From NCBI RefSeq assembly GCF_036321535.1, contig NC_087447.1, positions 37,450,001 through 37,514,000 of the forward strand: a stretch of DNA of 64,000 bases, given 5' to 3'. The position numbers were made by a program, and so were the translations under genes. Below the pieces are notes generated by a model. That model ran no database searches. It saw only the letters and a list, made by a program, of their open reading frames with translations, and was not told the origin of the DNA. This DNA comes from Camelus dromedarius. Taxonomy: Eukaryota. Positions 51,196-64,000 of this stretch are shown here, one piece after another. Each line of letters begins with the position of its first letter. Positions within the stretch are counted from its first letter, which is position 1.

Positions 51196-53959
51196 CAGTT
51201 TTCATTCTTTGATGGGTATAAAATTGGCAAGGAGGCATTTGAAGCACCAGGCTCCTTCTTCTTTCTATAGGTGGATTAGCGTTTACCCATAGATTCAAGG
51301 TGGCCACTTTGAGCTCTGTTAGGTAGTCCTGGTTGAGAGAAGAAGTACCTGACTTTGGCATCAGTGTTTTACCCTTGGCAGAGAGACACAAATGGAAGGA
51401 AGCAATCCTAACAAACAGAAATGCAGTGGGATAAACCGACCAACAGTGGGGTGAGATAGATCGGAGTGAAAGCAAGAACACACACTCAACCTGAAGATGA
51501 TCATCACAGAAAATGGAGAGATTATTATCCAATTGTGCCTGAATCACATTGGGATTTCCCACCTCTTCCATTTGCTTCAGTGGTTTGCATATAGCAAATG
51601 TAACTCCGTCTCTGCCTTCCCAAATTCTACCAATCCTGAGTGGATGGTGGGAGGGGCTCCTGCTACCCCAGCTACATTTACATCACTAAAAGACTAAGCT
51701 AGGAGGAGTGCAGGTCCCTCAGGAAGCAATCTCTTCTCTCACCTCTGCCTGGTCCTGTGCATCACGCTCCACCGCCACCTCTGTTTCCGCTCTGGCACTG
51801 TTCATCTCAGGTCTGAACTACTTGCTAGGACCTAGAATCCCTTTCTCCTTTTTAGTTTGTGCTGCTCCCCATCTGCCTAGCTTTTGACCTAGTTACCTGC
51901 CCCCATTTTTGGCCCTGGCTAATCTTCCAGATTGGGCCTTGCACTGGTTCGGGGGCTACAACTTGGCTTCCTCTACCCAGGCAATTGCAAGAATCTAGCC
52001 AAGGAACCCCTCTTGTGTCCTCCAGGGTTTTGAATCCTCTTCTCATCCTTGGGGGGTCACATGATTTCCAGCTCTAAGAGTGAGCCTTCCCCACACATCA
52101 GATGCATCCCAAACTCTAAAATGCCTCTGAATGATGAGAGATGCTGCTTTTCTGCTCCTCAGAGCAACACAGTCATTCTTTGAGGTCCAGGATTTTTTTT
52201 AATGTTTGCTTGTTTTGTTTACTCAGGACAGAAGCCCCAAGGCATCATTTTAACAGGAAAAAGTGCTGGTGGAAACTCAAAGACATTAAATGTAGTAGTA
52301 AGCCCAAGAAGACTAATCCAGACACCCCAGTATGTCCGAGCTAGAAGTACCCTGTGGGTCCATCTTTCTAATCTCCTCATTGTTTAGAAAGGGGTTGTGG
52401 TCATTTGACCAAAGTCCCTGAGTGTAGTAGGATATACCTAGGACTAGAACTCAGAACCTCTTTTCCTGGCCCCCTGCTTATCCCATAACATGTATCCATT
52501 TCTACCTGGTGGCTTTTAGCCAAATGGACACATCTATTGGCCTCTAATAGCAAACCAGACTCCCTGACAGTGTGGATGGACTTCATCAGGAATCTGCTGG
52601 CTTGCAGACCGCCCCCTCACTCCAATCCAGGTCCATTCACTAAGGAAGTCATGGCTCCCACTTACCTGACCCTTTGAACTTGGATTTGCTCCTTGCTTTG
52701 GCTCTGCCTCCAGGACTCCGTAGCAGTTCCTCATTACACTGTCTCTCCTTGAGCCCTCTGGGACTTAAACCTCCAACCTGGCCCACTGACAAGTGTCCAG
52801 TCTGGACCCACCTGTTCCCTCAAGAAGGGGATATCATAATACCCCTTTAAATGATGCACCTCAAGTGTTTGTCCAACAGCCCCTTGATCTGTAGGCTAAT
52901 GGCAGCAGTAGTGACCTTGAACAGGAGGAGGGGACAGTACTCAGAGTTACAATTAATTTGAATCCATAGCTGTTGAGGCATGGAAAGTGTCTCATCAGCG
53001 TCAGGAGGCTTATGTTTTTCTGTTCCTTCACTTTTTAAATGTCTCTGAATAGCCAGGACTAGTGTCCTCCATTAGTCCTTAAAGAATCGCCAGTAAAGTG
53101 GGAGTTGCTTTGCAGATATCCACAGAGATGAGGTGTCCAGGACTCTCCTAGACATGTACGGGATGCCCTCCAAATACTGAAGGGACAACTTCATAAACAC
53201 TCCCTCCTGTACCTTCCTGGGGACTCAAGCCCAGAGCCAGGCTTCTCCACTCTGTGATGAGAAACCCATTCTCACCTCATAAGCATTCTCTGTGTGCCTC
53301 CCTTAAAACCACTGCCTGAATGTAGTACTTTGACTGGGCAAACCCAGCCCTCCTCCTTCCTACATTCCTGGACAGAAATGAAAGAGAAGCCGCCAAAAAC
53401 TTTCTGAGGGAGCCAGGTAACTGATACGTGCTCTGGGAACCGTTTCCTTTCTCCTCACCCTCATGAGGCTGCACCACCGTGGCCTGGGGCTCTCCTCTGA
53501 AGGCCAGCCCGGGGCCTGGGAGGCAGAGGCACAGTGGTCTCTGTTGTTCTTCCCTGGCAAAGAAGGTTCCTGATGAAGTGTATGAGGTCATGGCTGCAGA
53601 GGCAAGGCATCCCCTAGGGTTTCTGCTCCAGTTCAGGTTTGCTTTCAGAAAAGGCTACTTTAAAGATTTGGCAGACATCAAGGTGTCCTGAGACCAGGGC
53701 AAACACAGATGTGCACACACTCAACAGTGTCTTCTTCATGTCTTCTGCCATGTCTCTGAGTTACCTGGGAGAGCTGTGACTATACAGGTACTTAGCTGAG
53801 CCCCGAAGAGCCAGTCCAGTGTGTAAGCCCAGCTTCCCTCCGGCTGCACCACCCCAGCACCTCAGACAGCAGGAGCACAAAGCCTGTCCCTGAACCACGG
53901 TTGATCTTCCAAAAGAGCTTCAAATGCCAATACCTGGGACACAGCCTGCCACACGATGT

Positions 53960-54130
53960 CTTCATTCATTCATTGATTTGGCGTTTGTTTATTGAGCCCC
54001 TGGGCACTGGACATACAATGGTGAGCAAAACATTATCATCCTCATGGACGATGTAGTCAACATGAATCAAATAATCACACAAATGAATTTTTAAAAAGCA
54101 TCACTGTGCTAACTAACATGAAGTTTTTCC
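53960..54130 (-). mobile_element. L2 3' end
   Basis: ttcattcattcatt...tttattgagcccc...aatggtgagcaaaac. Confidence 0.7.
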
Positions 54131-54527
54131 ATGAGAGGACAAAACATGCCTAGTGTTAAGGACGTAGAACCCCCAACTCAATCTGTAAAAGGGCCTATAA
54201 CGTGTGTATTACTATGATCAATCAGATTTTCCTATGCTCTGTCACTTAGCAGATCCAAAAGGTAAGACCTTCTCCCCACACCTTTCTCCACCCTGAGATG
54301 GTGATCACCTGTCCTGAGGGCGTGGCAGGCAATGCCACTTCACACTCACCTACTGGACCCTGTAGGTGTGGCTCAAAACAAGGCTGCAGGTGAACTGGGA
54401 ATATCAGGTGCAACTGCCGGTCATCCAGTGATCTGTAACAGTGCCTCCAGTCTTTTGCTGCACATTTTAACAACTTGAGATGATTTCAAACAAAAACAAC
54501 AAACAAACATCAAAAACGGAAAAACAA

Positions 54528-54655
54528 AAACCTGGGCTCACCCTTGCCAGTTAAAGCAGACCCCTCAAGGTGGAGGGAAGCGGGACGTAGGTGTCATTGT
54601 TTTCTAAATTTTCCCCAGGTGATTCTAATGTGTGCCCAGGACTGAGAATCTCTGA
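54528..54655. mobile_element. MER5-like hAT-Charlie fragment
   Basis: ttccccaggtgattctaatgtgtgcccaggactgagaatctctg. Confidence 0.7.
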
Positions 54656-56914
54656 ATGCCATTTTCATCACCAGTGCAGCTTAAATGAGGCAACTCAACA
54701 TCCCAAAGGCCCTGGCCCCCGATTCCATTATTAACTGCTGGTTCTAAGTCACAAGAGCATAGGCCCAGCAGTTGGACTTACGAAGAGTGATAGAGACACA
54801 GCACGAAATCTACTTACAGAGACTTTCTAGCTACAGACATATTATTTCAGAAAGAGCACTATCTTAATAGCATTTAAGAGGTTCCTTATATTTGAAAATT
54901 GGAATTTTTCAGGGCTGAAAGAAGCTTTAAATATTAGCTGAATCCATTTTAAACCCTCATTTTTAAATGGTCGGGGCTGAGATCCAAAGAGACTGGCATT
55001 TACACCACTAACTAGGGGCTGCCCAGGAACAATGCCAGGTCCTCCAGCGTCTCACTCCAGTATCAAAACTTGGACATACCAAAACCAGCACTTGATGACT
55101 ACAAGCCTCACAGCTTAAACCAGCCTCACCTACCTACCTTCCCCGTTTGCCCCACAATGCATCCTGTGGCACAGGAGCAACCTTTGGGTTATACTGTCCG
55201 GTCTTTGCCAGCTTCTGGAAGAGCAGCAGTTTTTGCCCCATAAAATACTTGTGTTCATGGCAACTGTTCCTTATATGCTCCCGATGAGGTCACTCCTGGC
55301 CTACCAACCTCCCAGCTGCTGGGAATGCCTGTCTCCCCAAATACAGACTGTGCGCAATGACTTTGCAACCCACTGGGAGGAAGAGACAGGTCTTCCTTCA
55401 CATCTTACTTCACCCACCACACATTCCTAAAGAGGCGAGATCATCCTTCTTCTAAACATTCTATGATTTACAGTTAAAACAGTATATGGTTAGACATTAT
55501 GCCTAATCTTTCTTACAAGTAGTTTTTCCCAAAACACTAAAAACTTCACATAGATGAGGCATGTGTCCAGGGAGTTGTTCTGTTGGTTCAACACGTGAGC
55601 ATGAGATGTGTGTCAGAGGTAAAGTGAGATCACGTGTGGAGTCTGGGCAAGAATATCTGGTCAAGTATGAAGTCTGTGATTGACTCTGCCTTTAAGACTC
55701 CTGACCCTTCTCTTCCTGACCCCCTCATACACTGGCCTCACCAGCAGCCTTTTGAATTGCCACCATCATCTCCTTGCTCAGCTCACCACTTTTAGCCTTG
55801 CCACCTCTAACTCATCCTGCACACAGCTGCCGGAATACTGTTCCTAAAGCTGGATGTTACTGGTGAAGGCACACCTTCAAGTAAAAAACAAAAAAAAAAG
55901 TTAGTAGATCATTGTGTAATCCTAACATTTTATGCAGCCTTGAGTGGTGGAGTCACGGGCATGAATCAGACCTCCAAAGTAGATAGGCTTGAGAAACAAC
56001 CTCAAGGGACATCTAGTGAATGACCTGGGCACAGCCTCGGACACATGTGAGTGCTAGTGATTATATTCTTAGCCTTGGAGCCAATATGGGTTCATGTAGG
56101 AAGGGTCTCAAGATTGCTGCTCCAGGATTCAGCAGAGAAGCCTAGCATCTGCCCCTCCAACAGATTCTCACTTGAGTTATGTCTGTGATGTGAATGCCTG
56201 TAGACATGGCACCCTTGAGCAAGGCACAACCAGAACACAACACATGATGGCCCTGGGCAGTGGCTTCCTGCTGCCTTCTAAACAGAGTCTAAGCCCCAAG
56301 GAAGGTCGTCTTCAATCAGCCCTATAGACTTGACCCTACTTTTATGTACCTTCTGCTCCAGTTAATCTGAATTCCCAGTCTCCCTACCTCTCTAATATTT
56401 TCCTCCATCATGCTCTGCTCAAGTTGTTCCCTCTGCATGACACATCCAGGCCCCAGTCTTCACATGCCTGACACCTCCTTCTCCAATGCCATTGCAACTG
56501 GAAGGTCCTCCTCTCTTACACCTCTGAACCCCCTCAGCATTTACCCCTGCAATACTGACCCAGCCCTTTCCCGTATTCCAGATATATTCTCCTTAACTCT
56601 TGAACAGTCTTGAGCTCCTTGAAAATAAATTTCATGCCTCATTAAACTGAGGACATCTGAAGTCTCGTGCTCAGACCATCACACTGCCGTTTATCTGGCC
56701 TCCACCCTCTGACTGCTCTTCAAGCTTTCTCCTGACCTCCACCTCTGCCTTTGCTAGTGCCTTATCCTTTCCTCCACCCTGACATGCTTTGGGCTCTGAT
56801 CTGACATCTGCCCTCTAACTCTGGTGAGTTCTCATCTAACCACCATCCTCTAGTTTTCTGTTTCTCTGTGACTCCTGAGCAGCCTTCATCCCGAGTGCCC
56901 TCTATTCTCACTTG

Positions 56915-57090
56915 CACAGTCAGAGCTGGGAGATCTGGGTCCTAGACTGGCTCTGTCATACTCCAACCACGTGACCCTGGGCAAGTCACTTAACCTCCAA
57001 TGGCCTCATTGTCTTCATTTATAAAGAGAGCAATTTCATCCAGACAATCTCTGTGGTCCTTCTCAACACTGAAAGCTTTTCTGGTTCTAA
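56915..57090 (+). mobile_element. MIR (MIR3/MIRc-like)
   Basis: gtgaccctgggcaagtcacttaacctc...gcctcattgtcttcatttataa. Confidence 0.75.
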
Positions 57091-57754
57091 AATCCGAATG
57101 GTGGATGTGTTAATCTTCTATATACACACATTTACACTATCATTATATTTATATTAAAGAGGTCATGCAACAAAAGGCAAACAGCAGTTCTAATAGATCC
57201 CAGTGATTTTCCTGACCTCCCTGTTCCAACGGGCCCTTTCCTCAGGGAGCACTTGTTTTTCCTGCAGTCTTTGAACCTCTCGCAGGCCTGCTCATTATTT
57301 TGTTGTCTGAAGTTAGGCAGGACTGTTTCTGTGATTAATTAAGCAAAAGGCCCCAGTGCTACTTGTGCAAGAAGCATCAGATAATCACGCCTTTGGGGTG
57401 CTCACCAGGCCTGGGGAGCAGCCAGGCTGGGGTCCTCAGAGGGTTGATTAACTCTGGGAATCTCAAGCCTACCCTAGACACGTGGCTGCTGGAAACAACG
57501 CCCCACTTTATAGAAACAGTCAAAGGCTTGCTTTGCAGGGTGTTGCAGGGATTGGAGAGTCAGGGTTACAAGGTTCCCCTACCGTGATGAGCCCATTGGC
57601 AGACCTTGGGGACTGGTGGACCAGCAAGCTTTAAAATAAAGACTTCCAAGCTTTTCAAGATCCACAGCAGCATCTCAGGAACTGCCTGGGTTTGGGGGAG
57701 TAGATAAGAACAAGTGGTGGGGCTCCACCCCCAACTCAGCTCAGCTTTGACCTG

Positions 57755-58225
57755 TGTATCAGTTTCCTAGGGCTGCTGAAACAAAATACCACAATTTGGT
57801 TGGCTTAAAACAATAGAAATGTATTCTTTTGCATCTCTAGAGACAAGAAATTTGAAATCAAGGTGCTGGTTACATTGATTCCTTCTGGAGGCTCTGAGGG
57901 AGAATCCATCCCATGCCTCTCTCTTTGCTTTTGGGGGTTGCTGGCAACCCTTGGAGTTCCTTGACTTGTAGACACATCACTCCAGTCTCTGCCTCTGTCT
58001 TTGCCTGGCCTTCTGCCCTGTGTGTCTGTGTCTCTGTATCCAAATCTCCATCTCCTTTTCCTTATAAAACACCAGTCATTGAATTTAGCATCCACCCTAA
58101 TCCAGTATGACCTTATCTTAAGTTGATTATATCTGTAAAGACTCTATTTCTAAATAAAGTCACATTCACAGGTACCAGGGGTTGGGACTTAAGCATATGC
58201 TTTGGGGAGAAGCAAACCCCCCATA
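57755..58225 (-). mobile_element. MLT1C-like MaLR LTR
   Basis: tgtatcagtttcctagggctgct...gtcacattcacaggtaccagggg; ACCTG repeats at 57750-57754 and 58226-58230. Confidence 0.88.
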
Positions 58226-58469
58226 ACCTGCCTTTTGTACTGAGAACCTGAACAAAATTTCATTTAAACTCTCTATCCCTCTCTCACTGGACTGTGAATT
58301 CAGGACCAGGGACCAGGTCTTACTCATCTCCATAACCCCAAGCGGTGGGCAGTACCTAGCATTCAATATTAGGTACACACAGAATGATAACTGAAATTCA
58401 CAGACCTGAACCATGAAGAGACAGACCTCCAAGACAGATCTCAGAATAATCTCAGCACTTCAGCTAGAC

Positions 58470-58685
58470 TGGACTCAATAAACATGCACTGAGAATTAAC
58501 TGTGTACTAAGAACTGTTATAGATATTGCCTCTTTAATTCTACAGCAATGCCGTGAGGAAAGCACTTGCATCTCTCTTTTTAGATAACAAAATCAAGCTT
58601 CAGGGAGATTAAGTCATTTGTTTGAGGCTGCATGTTGAGACAAAGGCAGGTTTAGATTTAAATCCAAATCCTCTGAAGCCACCTT
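58470..58685 (-). mobile_element. MIR
   Basis: cagggagattaagtcatttgtttgagg...agatttaaatccaaatcctctga. Confidence 0.6.
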
Positions 58686-60145
58686 CACTTCAGGCTCAGA
58701 ATTGGCTAAGGAAACTATGCCTTCATCCTTTCTCTCAAACAATGTTAAAAATATCAGTAGCATAACTCATAGAGGAGAAAATCCAATTTGACTTTGAAAG
58801 GCTGGACCCAGTCTCAGTGGTGCCCTGGAGAAAGTGGAAAGTGTGGTGCCAGAGGCAATTAACCCTGAGTAATAGGAACTTTTAGCAAACCAAATGGGCC
58901 ACATGCTAGAAAAGGAGTGGCTGTTTCCAAGAGAAAATGATGATGAACTTGCAACTGAGTCCTTGCCACTCCTCCAACTCTTCAGACCTGGCTATGTGTT
59001 TACTAAACTAACTAACGAGGGGAGTTAATCTAGAGCAGTTCACCAGAGAGAGAGGTGACAAGCAGGCAATGGAGGGTGAGAAAAGCAGGAAAAAAAAAAA
59101 AAGGTAGGAAAAAAGAATCAGAGGAATGGTTCTTTCCCTGGAAGGCTTCCAGGTGGGGAACCTGAATTAGATTCAGGAACGAGAACAAAGATTAGCCATC
59201 TTGAGCTGCAGTAGATGGGTGGGTTAGGGAAGGGGTCTGGAATATCAGTTCCAAAAATTGTACTTTCCGTTTCCCCCAGCAGAAGAAGAAGGTAGGGCAT
59301 TATCAGGAAGTGTGGGCTTGGGGACATCCTGAGACTATCTGTGGAATTAAAAGGCCTTGATCTTAAAATAAATTCCGTTAGGAGAAAATGGTAAAGTCGG
59401 GGGAAAAAAAAGAAAAAGAAGAGTCTGTCAGAATGATAAAGTCATCTATGAGAAAAGACAAGTTCCTCTGGCAAGATAAATCAAGAAATAAAAGTAGAAC
59501 ATGCAAGTGTCTACCAAATGTAACAGGAACACCAGTCAACAAGGGCCGGGGCAGGGGTGGATAGATTCTAGCCTTTTCCAATCCTGTTTCAAGCAGCATC
59601 TTTGGACAGGCCATAGTCTTCTGCCAATCAAAGCAAGCGCTCAGCTCTTCTGAGGGCACATGAGCACTCCAGAGTCTCCTGCATTACACAAGCAGAGCAG
59701 AAGGAGTCAGGATCACTGCCTAGGCATACCTGTCTCCCACCTCCCACTGATCCCACTGCACCATTATCCCACACCACATAGGAAGGTGTCTCATGGAGGG
59801 CTTTTCTGAAACCCTCTAGAAGGTGCACCTTCAAAGGACACCTAGAGAAAAGTACCACTTGTGTTGATGGCCTCAGAAACAAATCTGGGTGTTCTTATAT
59901 CCCCTTTCAGAGGCTGAACATTGCAGAGGGTGGGCAGGCAAATGAGAAATCTGAGCACTTTTCCTTTTTCTTCTTCAGCCCCACTAATCCCTCAGGACAG
60001 AAGGGAAAGTCTTTTTATCTTCCTATCAAGACTAGACTTCCCCTGGATAAACTTCTACAATCTAATCCACCAGGCTCATCTTTTCATATGCAAAGGAACA
60101 GAAAAAGGAAATTAGGCATCTTTTTCTATCTTTATAATTTCTGTA

Positions 60146-60526
60146 CAGTAGTCCCCCTTTTCTGCAATTTTGCTTTCCATGGTTTCAGTTACCCAACAGT
60201 CAAATGCGGTTGAAAAATATTGAATGGAAAATAACATAAATAAACACTTTATAATGTTTAAATTGCATGCCCCCTGAGTAGCATGATGAAGTCTCACTCC
60301 ATCTTGCTCCAGCCCATGCAGGATGTGAATCACCCTTTGTCCAGCATCTCCTGCCTGCCGGTTACTCACTTAGTAGCTACTTGGTTATCAGATCTAATGT
60401 CGCAGTATTGCAGTGTTTATGTTCAAGTAACACTTATTTGCTTAATATAATGGCCCCAATGGTCAAGAGTAGTGATGCTGGCAGTTCGCATATGCCAAAA
60501 AGTAGCCAGAAAGTGCCTCCTTTAAG
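60146..60526. mobile_element. MER44-like Tigger element, truncated on the right
   Basis: ta|cagtagtccccc TIR; aagagtagtgatgctggcagttcgcatatgccaaa...aaagtgcctcctttaagtgaa. Confidence 0.85.
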
Positions 60527-61300
60527 TGAAGTTTATTTACATAAAATAAAGACTGCCAGTTACTTCTCCACCAAAAATGGGTTTATCTGGGATGAACAAA
60601 GAATTGCAGTTTGGGATCTGCAACCATGATGAGTCATATGCAAGTACCCACACAGTAAAGAGAGAAGATCTCTATTAAAGAAGGGAAAAGGAAGTTGGGA
60701 GGGCTACAGTAAACAGAGTCCAATGGAGAAACTGAGAGTTTGAAGTATAGTGGCTTTTCACTGGCTGACCTGTGACAGTCTCTAATTGGCTGAGCTCTTA
60801 TCAGGCAAAAAGAGGAAATCTTTCCTCTCCCTGCTGGGCTCTGTTATCATCACAGGGTGTGAGAGTTCTTCCTTCTGCCTTCCCAAGTCTATTTTAACTG
60901 AGGTTTCTGTTTATGAATTTTTATGTTTCCCTCTTTAGATCAAGATCTTTCTCTGAAAGCATCGCTGATCAAGAGTCAGGTTTTCAGGTTTCAGTGGCTT
61001 TTTGTCCCTCAACACCAGGAAGAAGCTTTCCTGGGTGTAGTGTCCCACATCGGGGGAGGGAGGAGTACACAAACTGGAAACCTATTAAGGTCACATTTGA
61101 GTAACAAGAAGGTTAGGAGGGAGATCTTTCAGCCAGTTTTTATCTAAAGTTCCTAAGTTATCAAGATCATAGACATTGGAAATCATCTGAAGCAATAGGA
61201 CGTCATCAAAGGTTGGGCAGACAAACTTGCAAAATGGTAGGTTAGATCTTAATATATTATTCACTTTTTTTCAGATGTTACATGACCAAAGATGAAAACC
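60527..61300 (-). mobile_element. ERV1-like LTR (~60527-60928) plus adjacent internal fragment
   Basis: LTR-like segment with CCAAT on the minus strand (attgg ~60785); polypurine tract on the minus strand (ccctcttt ~60929-60936); MER4-group-like internal sequence follows. Confidence 0.55.
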
Positions 61301-62169
61301 TGACTCAAGTCCACTGTTGTTGTTGTTGTTGTTTTTTAATTTTTAACATAGTCACCCTGCTAGACATTATTATTCACTTTTAATCAATTTTGGTAAATGT
61401 TTTAATTTTCTTTTTATCTTTACCAGGTTTTTTTCTTGGTATAATTATAAACTTGGTTGACAGTTATAATTTTGTTGTATCTTAAAACCTATATGAATAA
61501 AAATACACTCTTCATTCTATTTTTCTTGAATTATTTTGACTGTTAAAAATAATAAAATCTCTGATTTTCTTTAATTTGCTTAACTTGTATTTTATTCAAC
61601 CATGTGTTTTGCTTCTTTCTGAGTCACTTTTTTACGAGTTTTTTTTAAATTTGAGACTGCCACTAAATATAGACATTTAACAAATTTGCATTTGCTATAA
61701 TAACTGTGGTACTACTATCATTGTTTTTAATGCTTCCTGGGGTTTTCTTATGCTCTGTTCAGTTCTGCATTTTAGTATCTGGACTGAGTTCTTTTATTGA
61801 TTGAACACAGATAAATAATGGTTACCTTAATACCAAAAAATAAGTGTATGTTTCTTCAATTGTTAAGATTAATTATACCACATGTTTATTAATTCTCTCT
61901 AAAAAGATAATGAAATTTCACATTTTTAATTCTTTCTGTCCTTCCCTCTTCCTATTATAGGCTTTGGTTAAGAGCTGCATTTTACATTTGGCATATTACT
62001 ACCTCATTTTGTATGTGTAAATTTATCAAGGCTGGTGATATATGAGTTTTATGTCATAAGCAAATCACAGATCTGATCTGGGGTTTAAATTTGACCACTA
62101 ATCCTTTTACATAACATATTTTCCATTCATAAGTACTTTGTTTTGATTAATCTTTCAGTTGGCTACAGC

Positions 62170-63722
62170 ACTGGTCTTTAGAGTAGGTTATGTGTACTCT
62201 GGGGAATATCAAGACTTTTCAAGGGCTATTTGGATATAGGCAGTTTGAATATGACAATTTTCCAGAACTTCAAGTTCCACATACACCTTTTTTTCTAATT
62301 CATCTGCCTGAGAATTCTCCTCTCACCTCAGACATGTTCTCCTTCCCATCTCCCTTTAACACTCACCATTGGCCATACTTCTCACATGTCTAGCATCTTC
62401 CTGAGGTGAACTGATCCATAATATGAACTTCCTGGGCAAGAAACATATGGAAAATTTGAAATAGTTGGTATCAGGAAAGCACATTTAAGCAAGAAACCAT
62501 AAACTCTCTGTCTTCTATCCATCTTACTAAGATATTTTCCCAATAAAACTACTTTTTGTGTTTATTATTTTTTCAAATGTTTTAATATATTTATGCTTTT
62601 GGATCATGTGCACACTAGTAATTATTATAATGATAAGTGTTAATTCAGAACAAATCTTTTAACTCTTAGAGCCAGATATTGCCAGGGTATATAATTTTAG
62701 AAATTCATATTTATGTCCATTTCGTTGGCTGCAGTGAAGTATAATAGGAAAGTTTTATATATAGCTCTAATAGTTAATAAAAAGTTGTAATAGTCAATAA
62801 AAGACTCCTAAGCATAAAAATATATTACATTAAGATATAATTCTGGAAGGACATAAAATAAATATATGAGGGAAAGGAGAAAGAGAAGTAATGCAAAAGT
62901 TCTAATGGTCAAAAAAGAGCTTTTTTTATTATTTTATTATAGATCATAGCAGGAAGTATTACCTGTATTCCACTGGATGCATTTTAAAACAGTGAAGTAA
63001 AAAGTTCATTTTTAAAATATTCATATGATCCAGCAATTCCTCTCCTCTGTATTTATCCGAGAGAACTGAAAATATATGTCCATACAAAGACCTATATATG
63101 AAAGTTCATAGCAACTTTATTCATAATCATCAAAACTAGAAACAACCCAAATGCCCTCACCTGGTGAATAGATAAACAAATGGTGGTATATCCATACAAT
63201 GGAATATGACCCAGCAATGAAAAAGAACAACCTTCTGATGTTCACGTAATATGTAATAACATGAATGCCTCCCAAAAGCATTGTGCTGACTGGAAGAAAT
63301 CAGAAGCTAAAGGCCATCTAGTATATGATTTCATTTATGTGTCATTCTGGAAAAGGCAAAAATATAGAGATAGAAATCATATCAGTATTTGACAGGAGCT
63401 GGATGTAAAGAGAAATTGATTATAAAGTGCACAATGGAACTTTTGTGAGGACAAAATTATTCCTTATCTTGATCAACGTGATGATTACATGATTACATAC
63501 TTTTCTCAAAACCTTTCAGACTACACATCTAAAAAAGGGAATTTTACTGTGTAAGTTATATTCAATAAAGCTGACTTTTTTTAAAAAGTCAATATTTACT
63601 TTTTATATCATTTGCAACTATTGCAACTTATGCTGAACAATTTTAATCAGTTAAAATATCTGAAAACATTTTAGAGAGTATTCTTTTTAGACAGTAGGCA
63701 AATAAAAAATTGAAAACCATTG
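62170..63722. mobile_element. Old hAT-Charlie-like element interrupted by L1
   Basis: Ends cactggtctttaga... and ...ttgaaaaccattg resemble Charlie termini; interrupts T-rich old L1-like sequence. Confidence 0.5.
63020..63578 (+). mobile_element. L1MB/MC 3' end
   Basis: atatgatccagcaattcc...gaaacaacccaaatg...tatccatacaatggaata...tcaataaagctg. Confidence 0.9.
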
Positions 63723-64000
63723 GGCTTCATAAAAACTGAATGTCTGACAGTATTTTTCTGCTGCACCTAAGGTGAGTGATCACTTAGCTGGATACAGAAT
63801 TCCTGGTACATACCATGTTGTCTTTCATAATATTAGAGCTATTGCTCCATTGACATCAGAAGTTTAGTTTTGTGGTGGGAAGAATGCGGTCAGGCCAATT
63901 CATTTTAGGGAACTGGGTTTTGTTTGTTTTCTATATAGACACACGAAGAATGTTTTCTTTGTTCTCAAAATTAAAATTTACAATAGGACAAATCTGTTAA

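Noticed and set aside
51113..51571. Longest ORF (152 aa)
   Set aside because: Runs into a MIR and has no recognisable motif.
52660..52668. Minus-strand perfect donor (acttacctg on +)
   Set aside because: No convincing upstream acceptor on the minus strand; isolated 9-mers occur by chance.
57610..58270. Possible old hAT element flanking the MLT1C LTR
   Set aside because: Resemblance too weak to assign or delimit.

Overview
This is a CpG-depleted mammalian non-coding region (intergenic or a long intron), most likely from a camelid (alpaca/llama/camel). The species call rests on two tRNA-Ala-derived Vic-1-like SINEs and the absence of Alu, Bov-A/tA, PRE1 or canine SINEs. I find no protein-coding gene: the ORF track is explained by chance ORFs, microsatellites and decayed L1. 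A large part of the window is old eutherian repeats (MIR, L2, L1M, MLT1/MLT2, LTR16, ERV1-type LTRs, hAT and Tigger DNA elements), often nested with readable target-site duplications (TSDs). Between them are repeat-free, motif-dense blocks that look like candidate enhancers, and one strong microexon or recursive-splice-site motif at 42796-42829. I cannot support a previously undescribed biological system here. Repeat family names come from recalled consensus features, not a database search, and boundaries without a stated TSD are approximate.
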